Shown piece by piece: positions 32,994 to 44,627 of a stretch of DNA of 64,000 nucleotides. The position numbers were made by a program, and so were the translations under genes. Under the pieces are notes generated by a model. It ran no database searches and was not told the origin of the DNA. It worked only from the letters and a program-made list of their open reading frames with translations. The stretch covers positions 186,001-250,000 of the forward strand of contig OZ361258.1 in assembly GCA_977018835.1 (NCBI GenBank), given 5' to 3'. Position 1 is the stretch's first letter. Each line of letters begins with the position of its first letter. This DNA comes from Minutocellus sp. GHC0000111 (lineage: Eukaryota).

Positions 32994-34294
32994 ATGTCTC
33001 TTTGCAATTGCCAAGTGCAGGGGGAGCAGGCAAAGGTGGACTATTCGGTGCTGTCCAGCGCAGAGCATGGTGCACGATTTTCGGGATGGATGAAGGCGTA
33101 TGGTGCTCTACCTGCATCTGAGAAGGCGATGTGGGAGATGAAGAGGAGATCTCATCTGGCTATGCAGCCATACATTCGAGATGTTATTGTTGATGCTCTG
33201 ATACGAAATCCTCGGGAATCTTGGCGGGAGCTGGAGGTTGATGTCAACTTTTGGTGTTCCTACTCGGCAATACGGCGGTGGATAATGTCGTGGGAAGGGT
33301 TCCGGTACTATGCCGAAAGGATCATCCCTCTCCTTACTACCCATCAGATGGAGAAACATTTGGTATTTGCGCGGAAATTCCGAAACAATTGGGGGCTCGG
33401 CGGTGGCAAGTTTCTCCTTATTATGTTCGATGAGAAGTGGTTTTGGGGCTTGGTTCTTCGATCGTATGCCAAGCAAGTTGCAGAATTGGGTATTGATCCT
33501 CGGTCCTTCTCGGCATGTCACCGAAATCACATCAACAAGTGCATGGTGGTAGCATTGAGAATGGCGGCATTGCGTTCAAGCTTGGACTTTTTCGGGCTCA
33601 GGCGCATAAAATTGCGAGGCAGATGGTAAGGGAGGCGGTGCGGCAGGCAGATGGTAGAATCAAATATTGCGGCCCGGTGGTTCGGAAGAAAGACGATCTA
33701 TACCTTGTGGATTATTGCGCGGTGACTGGATGCAGCCATGGCACCCTTGATAATCCCAAGTTCCCACTGAAAGCTTTATTTGAGAACAAGATGTTTCCGG
33801 ATGTTGAGGCTTTGGTCGGACCTGGTGGAAAGTTTGAAGGATATGTCCCTATTTTTCAGGGCGACAATGCTGGGCCCCATGCCGAGACTGAATTTGTGGA
33901 ATATGTGGAAGGATACTGTCGGGACAAGGGATGGCGTTGGGAACCTCAGGCCCCGCAAATGCCCCATATGAATGTTCTTGATCTGTCTGTTTTCCCTTGC
34001 ATGTCAAAGCGGCATACAATGTTGAGCCGCGATCGGGAGGGGCTGAAGGTTTTGACAGAAGATCAGACTTGGGATGCAGCGGAGGAAGTTTGGATGGGGC
34101 TGGAAAACTGGAAGATCGCATCGGCATACATCCAGGCTCATAGAATTGCAAAGAAGGTAATCGTTGCAAAAGGCAACAATGATTTTCTTGGAAACGGTGA
34201 AGGCATTCATGTTGGGGTGCGAAAGGATTTCAGGCCGACTGAAAATGGCATGGTTCGGATAGATGGGAAAAATTATCGCTCCTCCTCCTGCTGA
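32994..34294 (+). pseudogene. Mariner-like transposase, frameshifted near 33550
   Basis: FDEKWF, QGDNAGPH, QAPQMPHMNVLDL; 38 residues between the 2nd and 3rd Asp. Confidence 0.85.
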
Positions 34295-34867
34295 TCCAAC
34301 CATGGATAATTAGTCCTGCGGTGCTTTTAAGTTATGTTATGTTTAAAATAATACTAGATTATTTAGATTCGAGCTATATTTGTGCTACTACACACACATG
34401 CCGTACATGCATGTGTAGTGCTCTCTTGTCAGTTTTGATGGTTCCGGCTTTACATGCATGTGTCCGTGTCCGGGTTGCGGGCCCAAAAATCGACATTTTT
34501 TGGTCCCGGCCCTGCGCTCGATTTCTCGCGAAACGGACTTCGTAGACATCATCACAAGAATTTTTGATTTGTTCTCGTTATCGTGACACATGTACCTCAA
34601 TTTCATACTCTGTATACGACGTGTGGAGTCTTTTTTCTTTGCTAGAGTACTACGTAGCTAGTAGCTACGAAACTTTCGCCAGCTAGCTGGCCACCTTTAC
34701 ATATGTACTTGCATACATCAGTCTTTTCAGTCACAGTGCTCTCAGTGGTGCTTTTCCGCGAGCCAGCAACGCCAGTTTCGAAGTTCGCGCGTGGGCCTGC
34801 TCTCGCGCATTCCGCCACACACCCAGCCACCGGCGACCGACAGGAACCACACCCACGTACGCACGAG

Positions 34868-37312
34868 ATGGGCAAAGGGTCCAAGAACAAGAAGAAGGCC
34901 AAGGCAGCGGCGGCAGCGGCAGCTGCCAGGGGGGTGATCGGGCCTGACTACATTCAGCTCATATCGGGTACTCTGGCATCCAAGCAGGTGAACATCATTC
35001 TTTGCGGCGAAAGCCACGAAGACGCAATTGATATCTCTCGATCTGGCGGAAAGACCAAGGAGGGATGGGTGGCAACAGATGCAGTCGATCTGATGGCCGA
35101 GATGGTCGGCAGGGCTGGAGGATCGGGAGGAGGATCTGGGCTTACGAAGGTCCGCGTCAAATGTGGCATGTGCAAGCGCAAGGACAACAAGTTGTTGGGC
35201 CTGGGCAAGGCCAAGGAAGGGGGAAACACCATCGTCGATGACGAGATTGATTACATCGATCATGGTAATGAGCTGGCGTTGCTATTTGTGCCATCCAAGG
35301 ACGCAGGCGGCGCAAAGGGACGTGCATACGTTCTCGAGGTCTTCATCGAGGAGGAGGAGGAGGATACTGACAAAGAGTCGGATCGGCCAATTGATAAGTC
35401 AAGGGCTAACTTACCTTCCGATGTAAATGCCCTCATCGATGAAATGGCCTTGGCATGTGGTGCATTTCATGGGGCCAAATCTCTCTCCGTCGCTGCAGAG
35501 GACATCAAGTCGAAGCAAGAGAAAGATGAAAGCGGGATTATGATATTTCAATGGACTGATTTGGATTCAGAGGCACGAACCCTCAATCATAGACGTCTCC
35601 TCGGCGATGACATTGCTACCAGCGAGCATGACAAGCTGATATCGGATCGAAAGAAAAAACGGAGAGATGAGGAGAATCTTTGGGCCTGGGATGACTGGCT
35701 CACGGAAGTTAAGGCCAAACTCAAGCAATCACAACAGCTGGGGCAACCGGATGGCGCGGATAACCCCGCCCTTCACTGCATTCTGGAGGCTCCCATCCCA
35801 CCTTGGGAAGTGGAACTCTGCCGTGATTTGGAGCAAGACTTTGAACTTAGCACCGCATCGGACTGCATTCGATGTTTATCTCAGGATTCGTCGGAATCTG
35901 AGCTTGATGCCTTCGATCCTAGTGCCGATGGCTTCGGCTCGTATGTGGACTATATATACCGTCGATTGATGGGAGGCAAAGACCACAACGACAACATAGA
36001 TTTGCATTGCGTCGATAGCCGAGACTTGGGATGCGAACATGCCTGTGTTGCAGAATCGCTCCATCAAGATTGGATGGACCTGTTGCAGCCCGAAGAGAGA
36101 GAGAAAATCCTGGCTCCTTCGAATCATGCGCATCACAAAGGTGGTCGGTGGCTTCCGGATTGGGAGCACAATCCAGAGGAAGAAGAATTGGATAAGTTAC
36201 GAAATGATGGTGTCCTAAAAGAGGAGGAAGACGACGAAGAAGAAGATTTGGCCACAAAAGAAGACGCTGGTGTCGACCTCATTACATACCCATCTTTTGA
36301 AGGATTTTTCGGTCAGAGTACCGACATCCTCTATTATGCTCCGCACTGTAAAACTGCTTATGGACCCTTTCTTGGTCAATGCGTCTCGTCTTTGGAGAAA
36401 TTTCGAGAGTTCTTTTCACTCATGTTTCTCGGAGGCACAGTTGATTCTGCTCTATCGGTTTTGGACCTATCAGAAAATAAGCGTTCCTATTTGCATGTTC
36501 GCAGCCCAATCATGAAGTCCTTCAATATGGAAACAGGAGAATATGAGTGGCACAAGAGGATCAACGAAGAGCACGATCTTACGTTTCCAATATTCCCGAT
36601 CAAATGTTTCCTCAAGGCAAGAGGAAGTAGCCCCCCAAGGACCTGGAGTTCGCAACTATTTCATTCACTTCAGGATGGCGAGAAAAGTGACGTTGGAGAT
36701 CTTGCCATCGCAGCCCGCGAATGGGTCCTAACTGATTGTGAGAAGCAATGCATGGACCCCAAAAATGCCGATGACGAAATTGGCGGTGGCGAGTGGTTCC
36801 TTGCGTATCTAAGAGAGGCGCATAGAGACATTTACGACGATATTGACCATGCCGATGCAACAGCCTTACTTCACAAGAGTTCTGTCACTGGTGAGATCTC
36901 ACTCAAGAAGCACAAAATTGGCAACATTGCCATACCCAGCTGCAAAGATGGAATTGGTAGGATTGTGGAGGAGCTATCGCAGCTATCGAGTGCTGGTAGT
37001 GGAGGGAAACCAGTGCTCGGGCGCTCGGTCGAAGTGATGGCCAAAATTTTAATTGACATTTTCATATCCAAGCTCGTTGACTTTTCTACCGTCCTAAAGA
37101 TTGCACAAGTCATCGCAAAAGAACCGAGCGACAAGGTATGCGTTGTGGTTTACATGGGATCTGTTCATACACGTGCAATATCAGATTTCTACTGCGGCAC
37201 CCTCGGCTTCAAGAAGAAGACCTTCCTTGGTCAACAGAACTGGCCAGAGGAGGAGGCTCGAATTCTTCATCTTCCGCCCGAACTGTGGAACATACAGCAG
37301 CTTTTCAAGTAG
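34868..37312 (+). CDS. Uncharacterised protein with GExH ... YxGxxH motifs (EreA/ChaN/TIKI-like fold candidate)
   Basis: Intact ORF of about 815 aa; IILCGESHE near the N-terminus, HCILE, HCVDSR, VVVYMGSVH near the C-terminus. Confidence 0.7.
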   Translation: MGKGSKNKKKAKAAAAAAAARGVIGPDYIQLISGTLASKQVNIILCGESHEDAIDISRSGGKTKEGWVATDAVDLMAEMVGRAGGSGGGSGLTKVRVKCGMCKRKDNKLLGLGKAKEGGNTIVDDEIDYIDHGNELALLFVPSKDAGGAKGRAYVLEVFIEEEEEDTDKESDRPIDKSRANLPSDVNALIDEMALACGAFHGAKSLSVAAEDIKSKQEKDESGIMIFQWTDLDSEARTLNHRRLLGDDIATSEHDKLISDRKKKRRDEENLWAWDDWLTEVKAKLKQSQQLGQPDGADNPALHCILEAPIPPWEVELCRDLEQDFELSTASDCIRCLSQDSSESELDAFDPSADGFGSYVDYIYRRLMGGKDHNDNIDLHCVDSRDLGCEHACVAESLHQDWMDLLQPEEREKILAPSNHAHHKGGRWLPDWEHNPEEEELDKLRNDGVLKEEEDDEEEDLATKEDAGVDLITYPSFEGFFGQSTDILYYAPHCKTAYGPFLGQCVSSLEKFREFFSLMFLGGTVDSALSVLDLSENKRSYLHVRSPIMKSFNMETGEYEWHKRINEEHDLTFPIFPIKCFLKARGSSPPRTWSSQLFHSLQDGEKSDVGDLAIAAREWVLTDCEKQCMDPKNADDEIGGGEWFLAYLREAHRDIYDDIDHADATALLHKSSVTGEISLKKHKIGNIAIPSCKDGIGRIVEELSQLSSAGSGGKPVLGRSVEVMAKILIDIFISKLVDFSTVLKIAQVIAKEPSDKVCVVVYMGSVHTRAISDFYCGTLGFKKKTFLGQQNWPEEEARILHLPPELWNIQQLFK

Positions 37313-37474
37313 AAGTTCTAATTAATACACAGAAAAAAACTAATTCACTTCTAATATAAATATTATACAGGCCAGATGCAATGTACTGGCAGATATGTAT
37401 GAAAAGTCATTGAGGTGTGTATGTATCGTGCAAAATCCGTAAGTCACATCGATTGTCAAAGTCTAGAGGCTTGA

Positions 37475-38491
37475 CTAGTAGGCATTCAAGAGAGACGTCT
37501 TGGATCCCGAATGGATGCTGACTCCAACGAATTCACGGAGCAGCCTAGGAGAAGTGCTCTCGAAAAGGATGTCGTGAAGGAATCTTTCCAGTAGGAACAC
37601 CTTCAGGCTGAGATATCCTGCATCGAGGCAGCGGAACCAACGCTGTCGCTTCTTGAGTAGTTTCCAGCTTGTGATGGCGTTGGGGAGTGGTTCGACGTCG
37701 TGGTCGGCCTCGATATGGAGGGGGTGGAGAGGCGCTAGGGCTACCGAACAATTCTGAACGTTGCAGGATTCATGGCCGAAGCTGACCTTGTTGGCAAGAC
37801 GCTCAAAGTCACTGAATCGCTTCCAGACACCAATGGTTTCACGGAAGGAGCCGTCACGGTACACAACGAGGAACTGCGCATGTTGACCTTCCTTCCGGCT
37901 CTTGACGACGCGATAACTGGCAATGGAGACGCTGATAGTATCAGAACCTCCTCGTGGGTTTGGAAAGCTCTTGCTGACGGTAGTACCAAAGACATTATCG
38001 CCCTTCACGACCACAGTGGAACCATCTCCACTACCTCTCACGGGTTTGTTCACCGGAGTATGATGATATTGATGAGGTCCGAGCGAGCTGGCATCGTTTG
38101 TGCGCGCGTGGCTGTAAAACTGAGAGGCACCGGCAGTCCCAGACATGCGAAACATGAGGGTTGCCTCGGCAGCCTCTACCTCGGCAGCCTTTACGTCGGC
38201 GACGCCACCTCCACCACCTTCGTCGCCAATATATGGCGTAAAGTGGCTACCATATGTTTCAGCACCTGCGCCCCCGCTCTCTCCGAAAGGACTCAATGAT
38301 ATAGGCGACGTAGCAGTGAGGACCTCCACAAGCATTTCATACTGTACCTGAGAGCGGACGAAGTTTTGTGACCACAATTTCTCAAAGTACGCTCGCTCTT
38401 CAGCGGGCTGTGGCGGTCTCTTCCCCGCCGTCTGTTTCCAGAGCTTCTGAGAATCGATGCTCTCCTCGAGAATGTATTGTGGCGCCGTCAC
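37475..38491 (-). CDS. PX-domain protein
   Basis: VSIASYRVV..AQFLVV..GVWKRFSDFERL ... LERFLHDIL ... LREFV; upstream exon possible. Confidence 0.75.
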   Translation of the reverse strand: MTAPQYILEESIDSQKLWKQTAGKRPPQPAEERAYFEKLWSQNFVRSQVQYEMLVEVLTATSPISLSPFGESGGAGAETYGSHFTPYIGDEGGGGGVADVKAAEVEAAEATLMFRMSGTAGASQFYSHARTNDASSLGPHQYHHTPVNKPVRGSGDGSTVVVKGDNVFGTTVSKSFPNPRGGSDTISVSIASYRVVKSRKEGQHAQFLVVYRDGSFRETIGVWKRFSDFERLANKVSFGHESCNVQNCSVALAPLHPLHIEADHDVEPLPNAITSWKLLKKRQRWFRCLDAGYLSLKVFLLERFLHDILFESTSPRLLREFVGVSIHSGSKTSLLNAY

Positions 38492-38900
38492 TGCGATTGA
38501 AGTTGGTTCTGTGTTGTGTGATCAGACAAGGAAAGAGAGGAAAGGGTGAGCCAAGATAACAAATGGTGGAAAAAGACCAATGAGAAGAAAAATATGATTG
38601 CCGATTGTAAACCGCCAACAACGACGAGAAAATCATATCTCAGCCCTTCGCTCCTTTCGCTCCCAAGACGCACCCACTCGAATCATAACTTGCGATACAG
38701 AAGTCATCAGCATCCCGGCACGATCACATTTTGTTTCATGTGCCGAGAGCTTTCTCGCACGTGCATGCTGCATCCGTCAGTCGACGAGGAAGTTCGTGCG
38801 CGAAAGGTTCTCATCCGAAGAAGTGAGCTAAACAATACCAGGCCGCTCAACAAGGGAACTTTCTTTGTATTTCTGAGCCATCCAATCGCACGAAAACATC

Positions 38901-41900
38901 ATGTCGTACAACAGCCACCACTGGGGTCCGTCCCGGCATCACAATGGTTCCACCTCACCTTCGGGCCAGTCGACCGGCGAGGGAGGTCGGCATTCCTTGG
39001 AAATGGAGCCCATGATCTCCCCCCCCCCAACGGCAGCAGCCACGGCCACAAGGGCAACGACAAGATTGGCAATGCCCTCGGTAGACTCACCGGCGGTAAT
39101 GGAGGGGGCAGCTCCAAGTACCACGGGAAGCGCACCTCCTCGTCTTCTTTGGCAAGCTCCTCCTCATCGGACTGGCCTGTCTGGGCATGATGTATCTCGG
39201 ATTCGGAGTCGGCAGAGACGGCGAGGTCGACACGTCCAAGTCCCCCGCCGGCGGCCCTTCCGGTGGTGACGGCGGTGGCAGCGGCAGCAGCGGGCCCAGC
39301 CCAACCCCTCCCATGGTGCGCAAGCCCAACTCGTCGCCGGGCAAGGTCGATCAGAAGCAGATCCAGGAGAGCGAGATGCCCAACGACGACGACGAGCCGA
39401 GCGACGAGGACGAGGAGGACGACAAGATGCTCGACAGCGCCGAGGAGAATGATGATGAGAAGGGAGAGGGTGAGGGTGAGGATGTGGATGCATCTACAGA
39501 TGTGGAGGTGGTGGAGAAGCCGCCGTCCAACGGTAGCAGCGATGCCGATGCCAATGCCGATGACAGTTCCGGTGATGATACCGAAGATAACGCAGCGGTG
39601 GCAACCCCGTCCGAACAGACGAAGCCTCCCGTCCCCGACCGGCCCTACGTCGGAAGTCTGGCCGACAAGGAGGATCCCAAGCTGCCCGAGAGCCTTGCCA
39701 ACGCCGTCGTCGAGGACGAGGCCGCGCTCGAGGACGACGAGGACGAGGACGACGATGCCACCCAGGACTTTGCACCGGAGGAGCAGGGTGGCGATGAAGC
39801 AAATGATGATGATGACGATGACGATACCACCGATGATGATAATGACGACGACGACGATTCCACGCAGGACTTTGCCGACGATGGCAAGGACGGCGTGGTC
39901 GAACCATCGCCGGAGGAAAAGCTGGCCCAGCAGAATTTGGAGGACGACGACAACGTCGTCGATGACGACACCGTCAGTCAGGACGAGGACACGGATGGTG
40001 ACGACGATCAGGGTGCTCAAGACGACGATTCCTCCTCCGATGAGGAGGAGGGCGATGACGATGACGACACCGCCGGGGGTGCCAACGCCATTGCTCAAAA
40101 GCTCCTTCCGGGCGGGGTGTCCAAAACCCCCACCATGGACTATCGCATTCCCGACACGGTCCACAAGCGGTTCATCAAGTGGTCCAAGGAGCTGCACCAG
40201 ATCACCGAGATGGAGGAGTACAAGGGCGGCGAGCCCAAGGTCAACTGGGAGTGGCACCCGCGGAAGAGGCGGGATCGGTTCCCCGGCGTGGAGGACAGGG
40301 TGAGTTATATTCAATGATACTCTGTTTTGGTGTTTTTTAAGTTTGGGTAGATGTGTTTACTTCATGCATCTCACTTTCTTATCGTTTTCACAAACTTTGT
40401 CCAACAGATCAAATACTACATGGGCAAATGGTATGACACCTCCATCAAGATGTACGGGCACACGTTCCGCAAGGCGTCGTATGCCGCCGCGAGGACTACC
40501 CGAGCCTTTGGCATCATGTCCTCCTTTGGAGTCAATCTGTACAACCTGACCCAGGACGGTCTCCTCCAGTGTGACCAAGAAGAGAATTCCGTTCTTCATG
40601 CCTACTGTCGCGATTACGTTGATCTGGCCATCCTCCATCACGGCTGTACTTCCAATGTCATTATGCATTTGGGCGATTCCATCCCGGAGACCCCTCACAA
40701 GGATGTTACCATCCACCAGTATCCGGTCATCAACAAGGTTCGGCATTTCTGCGATCCCAAACATCGTGAACAGACCGGCAGCGATCTCAACCCCACCTGC
40801 GGAACTGATACCAAGATTGATACCATCATTTGGCCTATGAACCGCATCCGTCATCTTGCCCCCGCCGCTCACGTCTATAAGGACGACATTCCATGGAAGG
40901 AAAAGATCGGCAAGGCCATTTGGCGGGGCGGCTATAACGACCCCTTTGGAATGAAGACCAAGTTTGAGCTCGTGAGCAAGCACGTCGATTCCGATTTGGT
41001 CGATGCCAAATTTGCAAAGCGCACCAACAAGCGTGGCCGCGGCAAGACGAAGGAGGTCGACGAGAATCTGATGGGTCCATTCATTTCTCAGGAAGAGCAG
41101 CTCAAGTACAAGTATTTGATCAGCATTGAGGGCAACGATGTTTCCTCTGGCCTCAAGTGGATGCTCATGTCCAATTCTGTGGTATTGCTGCCTCCGACCA
41201 CGTACGAATCCTGGGCCATTGAGGGTCTTCTTGAGCCTTTTGTGCACTACATCCCAATCAAATCGGATGCATCCGACGTCGAAGAGAAGATCAAGTGGGC
41301 CGAGGACAATCCGGAAGACGCCCAGAAGATCGCCGAGCGCAGTACGTTGTTCATGTATGATATGCTGTTCCATACCGATGCTCTCAGCGATGAGCAAGAA
41401 ATTCTCGAGGGCATCGCTACTCGGTATGAAACCAATTTTGGCTATGCCGCGTCCAAGTCGGTCAAGGGCAATCACCCCCTGCAGCACATCCACTGGGATT
41501 GGCACCCGTCCAAGCGATCGGAGAGATTCCCATCGGTTGAGAATCGCGTTTCCATGTACCTTGGCAAGTGGGACAAGCAGGTAATGCCCATGCAGCGCGA
41601 TGATAAGAGGAATCCACTGTTCAATACTCTGAAAACCAATTCCAAGCCCAAGATGAATGCTGAATTCATTGCGAACGGTATGGAGCTCAGCGGCTGTGCC
41701 GAGACCGACCCAGAGGATGGTGGTTACTCCGCCGAGCTCAAGCACTATTGTGAGGACGCAGTTCCGTTCTTTGATGAAAGGCTCACTTATGACCTGAAGG
41801 GAGACCGCCATCCAAGCGACGAAAGCGAGTTCAAGCTCGGAGAAGAGATTGAGGATCTATCCAACTCGCAGAACCGGTGGTTCAAACGCATTCTTATTGA

Positions 41901-42789
41901 TGATACCATCAAGGTTCTGCGCTTCGGCGATGTGCCCAGTGACATCACGAACTTTCCTGTCTTCACAAAGGTCCGAAGAGCAAGGACAGAGACCCAGGAT
42001 GGCTCCCTCCTTTGGCCGATGGGCTACAGCCACGAATATGAGCTAGTCGAGTCCGGTCTTATTGAATACCTGGACATTCCCTTTGAGAAGAAGAAACCGA
42101 AGGCCGTCTGGCGTGGTGGATTTGGCGTCGCTCATCCCATCGAGGGCGGCTCCGAGCTCAAGCATCGTATCAATCTGGTAGAACGATCGCAGGACGGATC
42201 CGGTGATGTCTTGGACGCCATCTTTGTGTTTTCGGAGACTGACCGGGATCTCGATCACAATCGAAGCGAACCATTGAAACCCAAACAGTTCATGTATGAG
42301 CCCAAGGATGATGATGGGATGGAAGGTCTTCTCCAGGATGTGTTGTCTCACAAGTACCTCGTCGCTGCCGAGGACGACTTCAGAATAGATTCCGACCTCA
42401 AGTGGATGCTCCTCAGCCAGAGCGTGGTCTTCATGGTTTCTGATCGGCGATACGTGAGCTGGTTCATGGAGCAGGAGCTCGAATCCTATGTCCACTATGT
42501 ACCGATCAAGCCGGACTACTCTGACGTCGAGGAACAAGTGGCGTGGTGTGAGAAAAATCTAGAAAAGTGCGAAGAGATTGCCGAACGCGCGACACTATTT
42601 GTTCACGATATGCTGTTCCACATGTCATCTGAGAAGGAGACGACCGAGATTCAAATGCGAATACAAGAGAAGTACACCTATGCCTTCAATAGCACCACGC
42701 CGAAAGAAGTCAAGGCGATGGATGATGGCGGCAATGACGATGATGATAGCAAAAAGAAAAAGGATAAGGATGGCAAGCGAAGACATTAG
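38901..42789 (+). CDS. Type II membrane glycosyltransferase with two tandem GT90 (CAP10/POGLUT-like) domains; intron 40300-40407; 5' frameshifts
   Basis: TM HLLVFFGKLLLIGLACLGMMYLGFGVG, long Asp-rich stem, then twice RFP.VE.R...Y.GKW / KA.WRG / KYL / LKWML.S.SVV / VHY.PIK.D.SDVEE / IAER.TLF..DMLFH. Confidence 0.88.
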
Positions 42790-42847
42790 AGCGTCGAGTA
42801 ACAGACTATAGTTATGTACCTAGGTACATTTTAGAAACCTAATTCAG

Positions 42848-43042
42848 TGTTGATACCGTGGGATACGTACGTACGTATACATACGTACGGTACGTACGGT
42901 GATCAGACCACTGACCAGTGCCCTCTCCTGACCGTTGATCCATGGGCCAACGACATCTCCGATGGCCCATTTTTCATCTACGTAGGTCCTATTAACCTCT
43001 ACTAGCTATATCTATCTAGCTTAGCTTTAGGACCTCTTAGCA
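42848..43042 (+). repeat. 5' LTR (195 bp)
   Basis: Direct repeat of 48861-49056 with 4 substitutions and 1 indel; TACG repeats in its first 55 nt. Confidence 0.97.
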
Positions 43043-43343
43043 GACCTACGTGATACATCTTTTCCACCCGTGCTCGCCCCATTTCGGTTGGTTCGCACCT
43101 CACCGGTTTGTCTTGGGTTCTCACTCGTCACGCAAGAAAAACCGACACATCTTCAATCGGCCAAAACGACCGTTTCTTTCGACAACATTGGAACGACGAT
43201 CCAATCCCTTCCCCGAAAGTCCTGACCAGATCGACCCATCCAATCGATCACACTTCTCTGGATCGAACCTTCTGTCGATCACACGTCTCGCGCAGCAACA
43301 CCGCCGTGCTGCCTGTCTTCGCTGAGCTGACTGAAACACCAGC

Positions 43344-44627
43344 ATGAATCCCGACGCAGTTTTTGGCCAACCTCTCGGCGCAGCGCCGATTCTCCCCACC
43401 AAGTTAATCACACGTATGAATGACCCAGGACAACCTCCCCAACGCGAGCGTGTTGCCAAAGCGCTCAAGGAACTTCAACAAGCGGCGGCCAGCATTCCAG
43501 CAGGGTGCAATGATGACCACAACCTCGGCCATTTGGGCCTCGTCGTCAGCGATGCCGAACACACCACCAAAAGTAACGGCCGAACACATGTGCCTCCGGC
43601 AAATCCTGGCCCCAGCCCCACCACTCCCGCCGTGGCCAATCTAGACCAACGCGATCGTGCAATCCGGGGACATTACATCGAAAAGGGCCACTGCAACTTG
43701 TACGAGCAAGTCAACACGGCGCTCAAGAATCTCCTCCTCGACTCGATCGACGCCGTCTACATCAATCATCTCGAAGATGACATGCTCGGTTTCCAGCCAG
43801 TCACCACCCGCCAAATCATCGACAGCATTGCCGATCGCTACTTGAAATTCAACGAGACTCAGAAGGAGGAATTAGAGAAGCAGCTCGAGAAGCAGTGCGA
43901 CGGGGGACCCATCGACACCCACATCGCCATATTCAACAAAGTCTTCAAGGCGTTTGAAACGGCCGGCGAACCCTTCACCAACAAGCAAAAGGTCTCCAAG
44001 TTCTACCGCTCCGTGCGCAGGTTCTCATTGGCAAAGAAGGCATGCGAGGACTGGGACGACAGACCGGAGGCCGAACGCACGTGGGCCAACATGCAGTCGG
44101 ACTTCCGCGATTGGTATGATAAGAAGATGGCCAATACCACCACCGAAGCGGCAGGATATCATGGCGCGAATTTGGCCTCATCGGCCTCGGACGATCCATT
44201 TCTTTCTCGAGCCGATCTCCTTTTGGCTGACACCACCGAAGCCCTCAAGACCAACCAAGCCATGATGGCGAACCTCGCCAAAAAGAGCAACGAGAAGGAT
44301 GATACCATTGCCAAACTTCGCCAAGAAATAGCTTCACTCAAGGCCGAGAACCGCGTTCTACGTGAGGGACGCAACCATACTGGTGGCAGTGGAGGCTACC
44401 GCGGCGGTGGCCAGCAGAACGGCGCCGGCCACTTCCCAGGCCAAGGTCCTAACCTCAACCGCCAGGAGAAGCGGGAACTGCAGTCGATCCTCCCCAGAGG
44501 CCATTATTGCCACACGTGCGGCTATTCGTCCAACCACCCCAGCTTTGAATGCACTTGCAAAGGGCCCAACCACGTTGATAACGCCACCAAGTACAATCCT
44601 TGCGGTGGTAGCTCGCGTCGTAACTGA
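43344..44627 (+). CDS. gag: Copia gag
   Basis: HLGLVVSDAE, W...Q..F major-homology-like block, C-terminal YCHTCGY...H.S.EC....PNH...AT..N..GGS knuckle. Confidence 0.85.
   Translation: MNPDAVFGQPLGAAPILPTKLITRMNDPGQPPQRERVAKALKELQQAAASIPAGCNDDHNLGHLGLVVSDAEHTTKSNGRTHVPPANPGPSPTTPAVANLDQRDRAIRGHYIEKGHCNLYEQVNTALKNLLLDSIDAVYINHLEDDMLGFQPVTTRQIIDSIADRYLKFNETQKEELEKQLEKQCDGGPIDTHIAIFNKVFKAFETAGEPFTNKQKVSKFYRSVRRFSLAKKACEDWDDRPEAERTWANMQSDFRDWYDKKMANTTTEAAGYHGANLASSASDDPFLSRADLLLADTTEALKTNQAMMANLAKKSNEKDDTIAKLRQEIASLKAENRVLREGRNHTGGSGGYRGGGQQNGAGHFPGQGPNLNRQEKRELQSILPRGHYCHTCGYSSNHPSFECTCKGPNHVDNATKYNPCGGSSRRN

Larger units (their letters stand above)
32232..34542 (+). mobile_element. Tc1/mariner DNA transposon (DD38D), TA-flanked, probably internally deleted
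   Basis: Inverted repeats 32230-32260 (TAcgaggtcagattcgcgagaaatcgagcgc) and 34514-34544, 28/31 identical including the terminal TA; encloses a transposase. Confidence 0.8.

Noticed and set aside
38899..41811. Long minus-strand ORFs (38899-40314, 40357-41811)
   Set aside because: Antisense shadows of the codon-biased GT90 gene; no independent motifs.
42860..42900. TACG repeat array as CRISPR or satellite
   Set aside because: Short low-complexity tract within the LTR; no spacers or cas genes, eukaryotic context.
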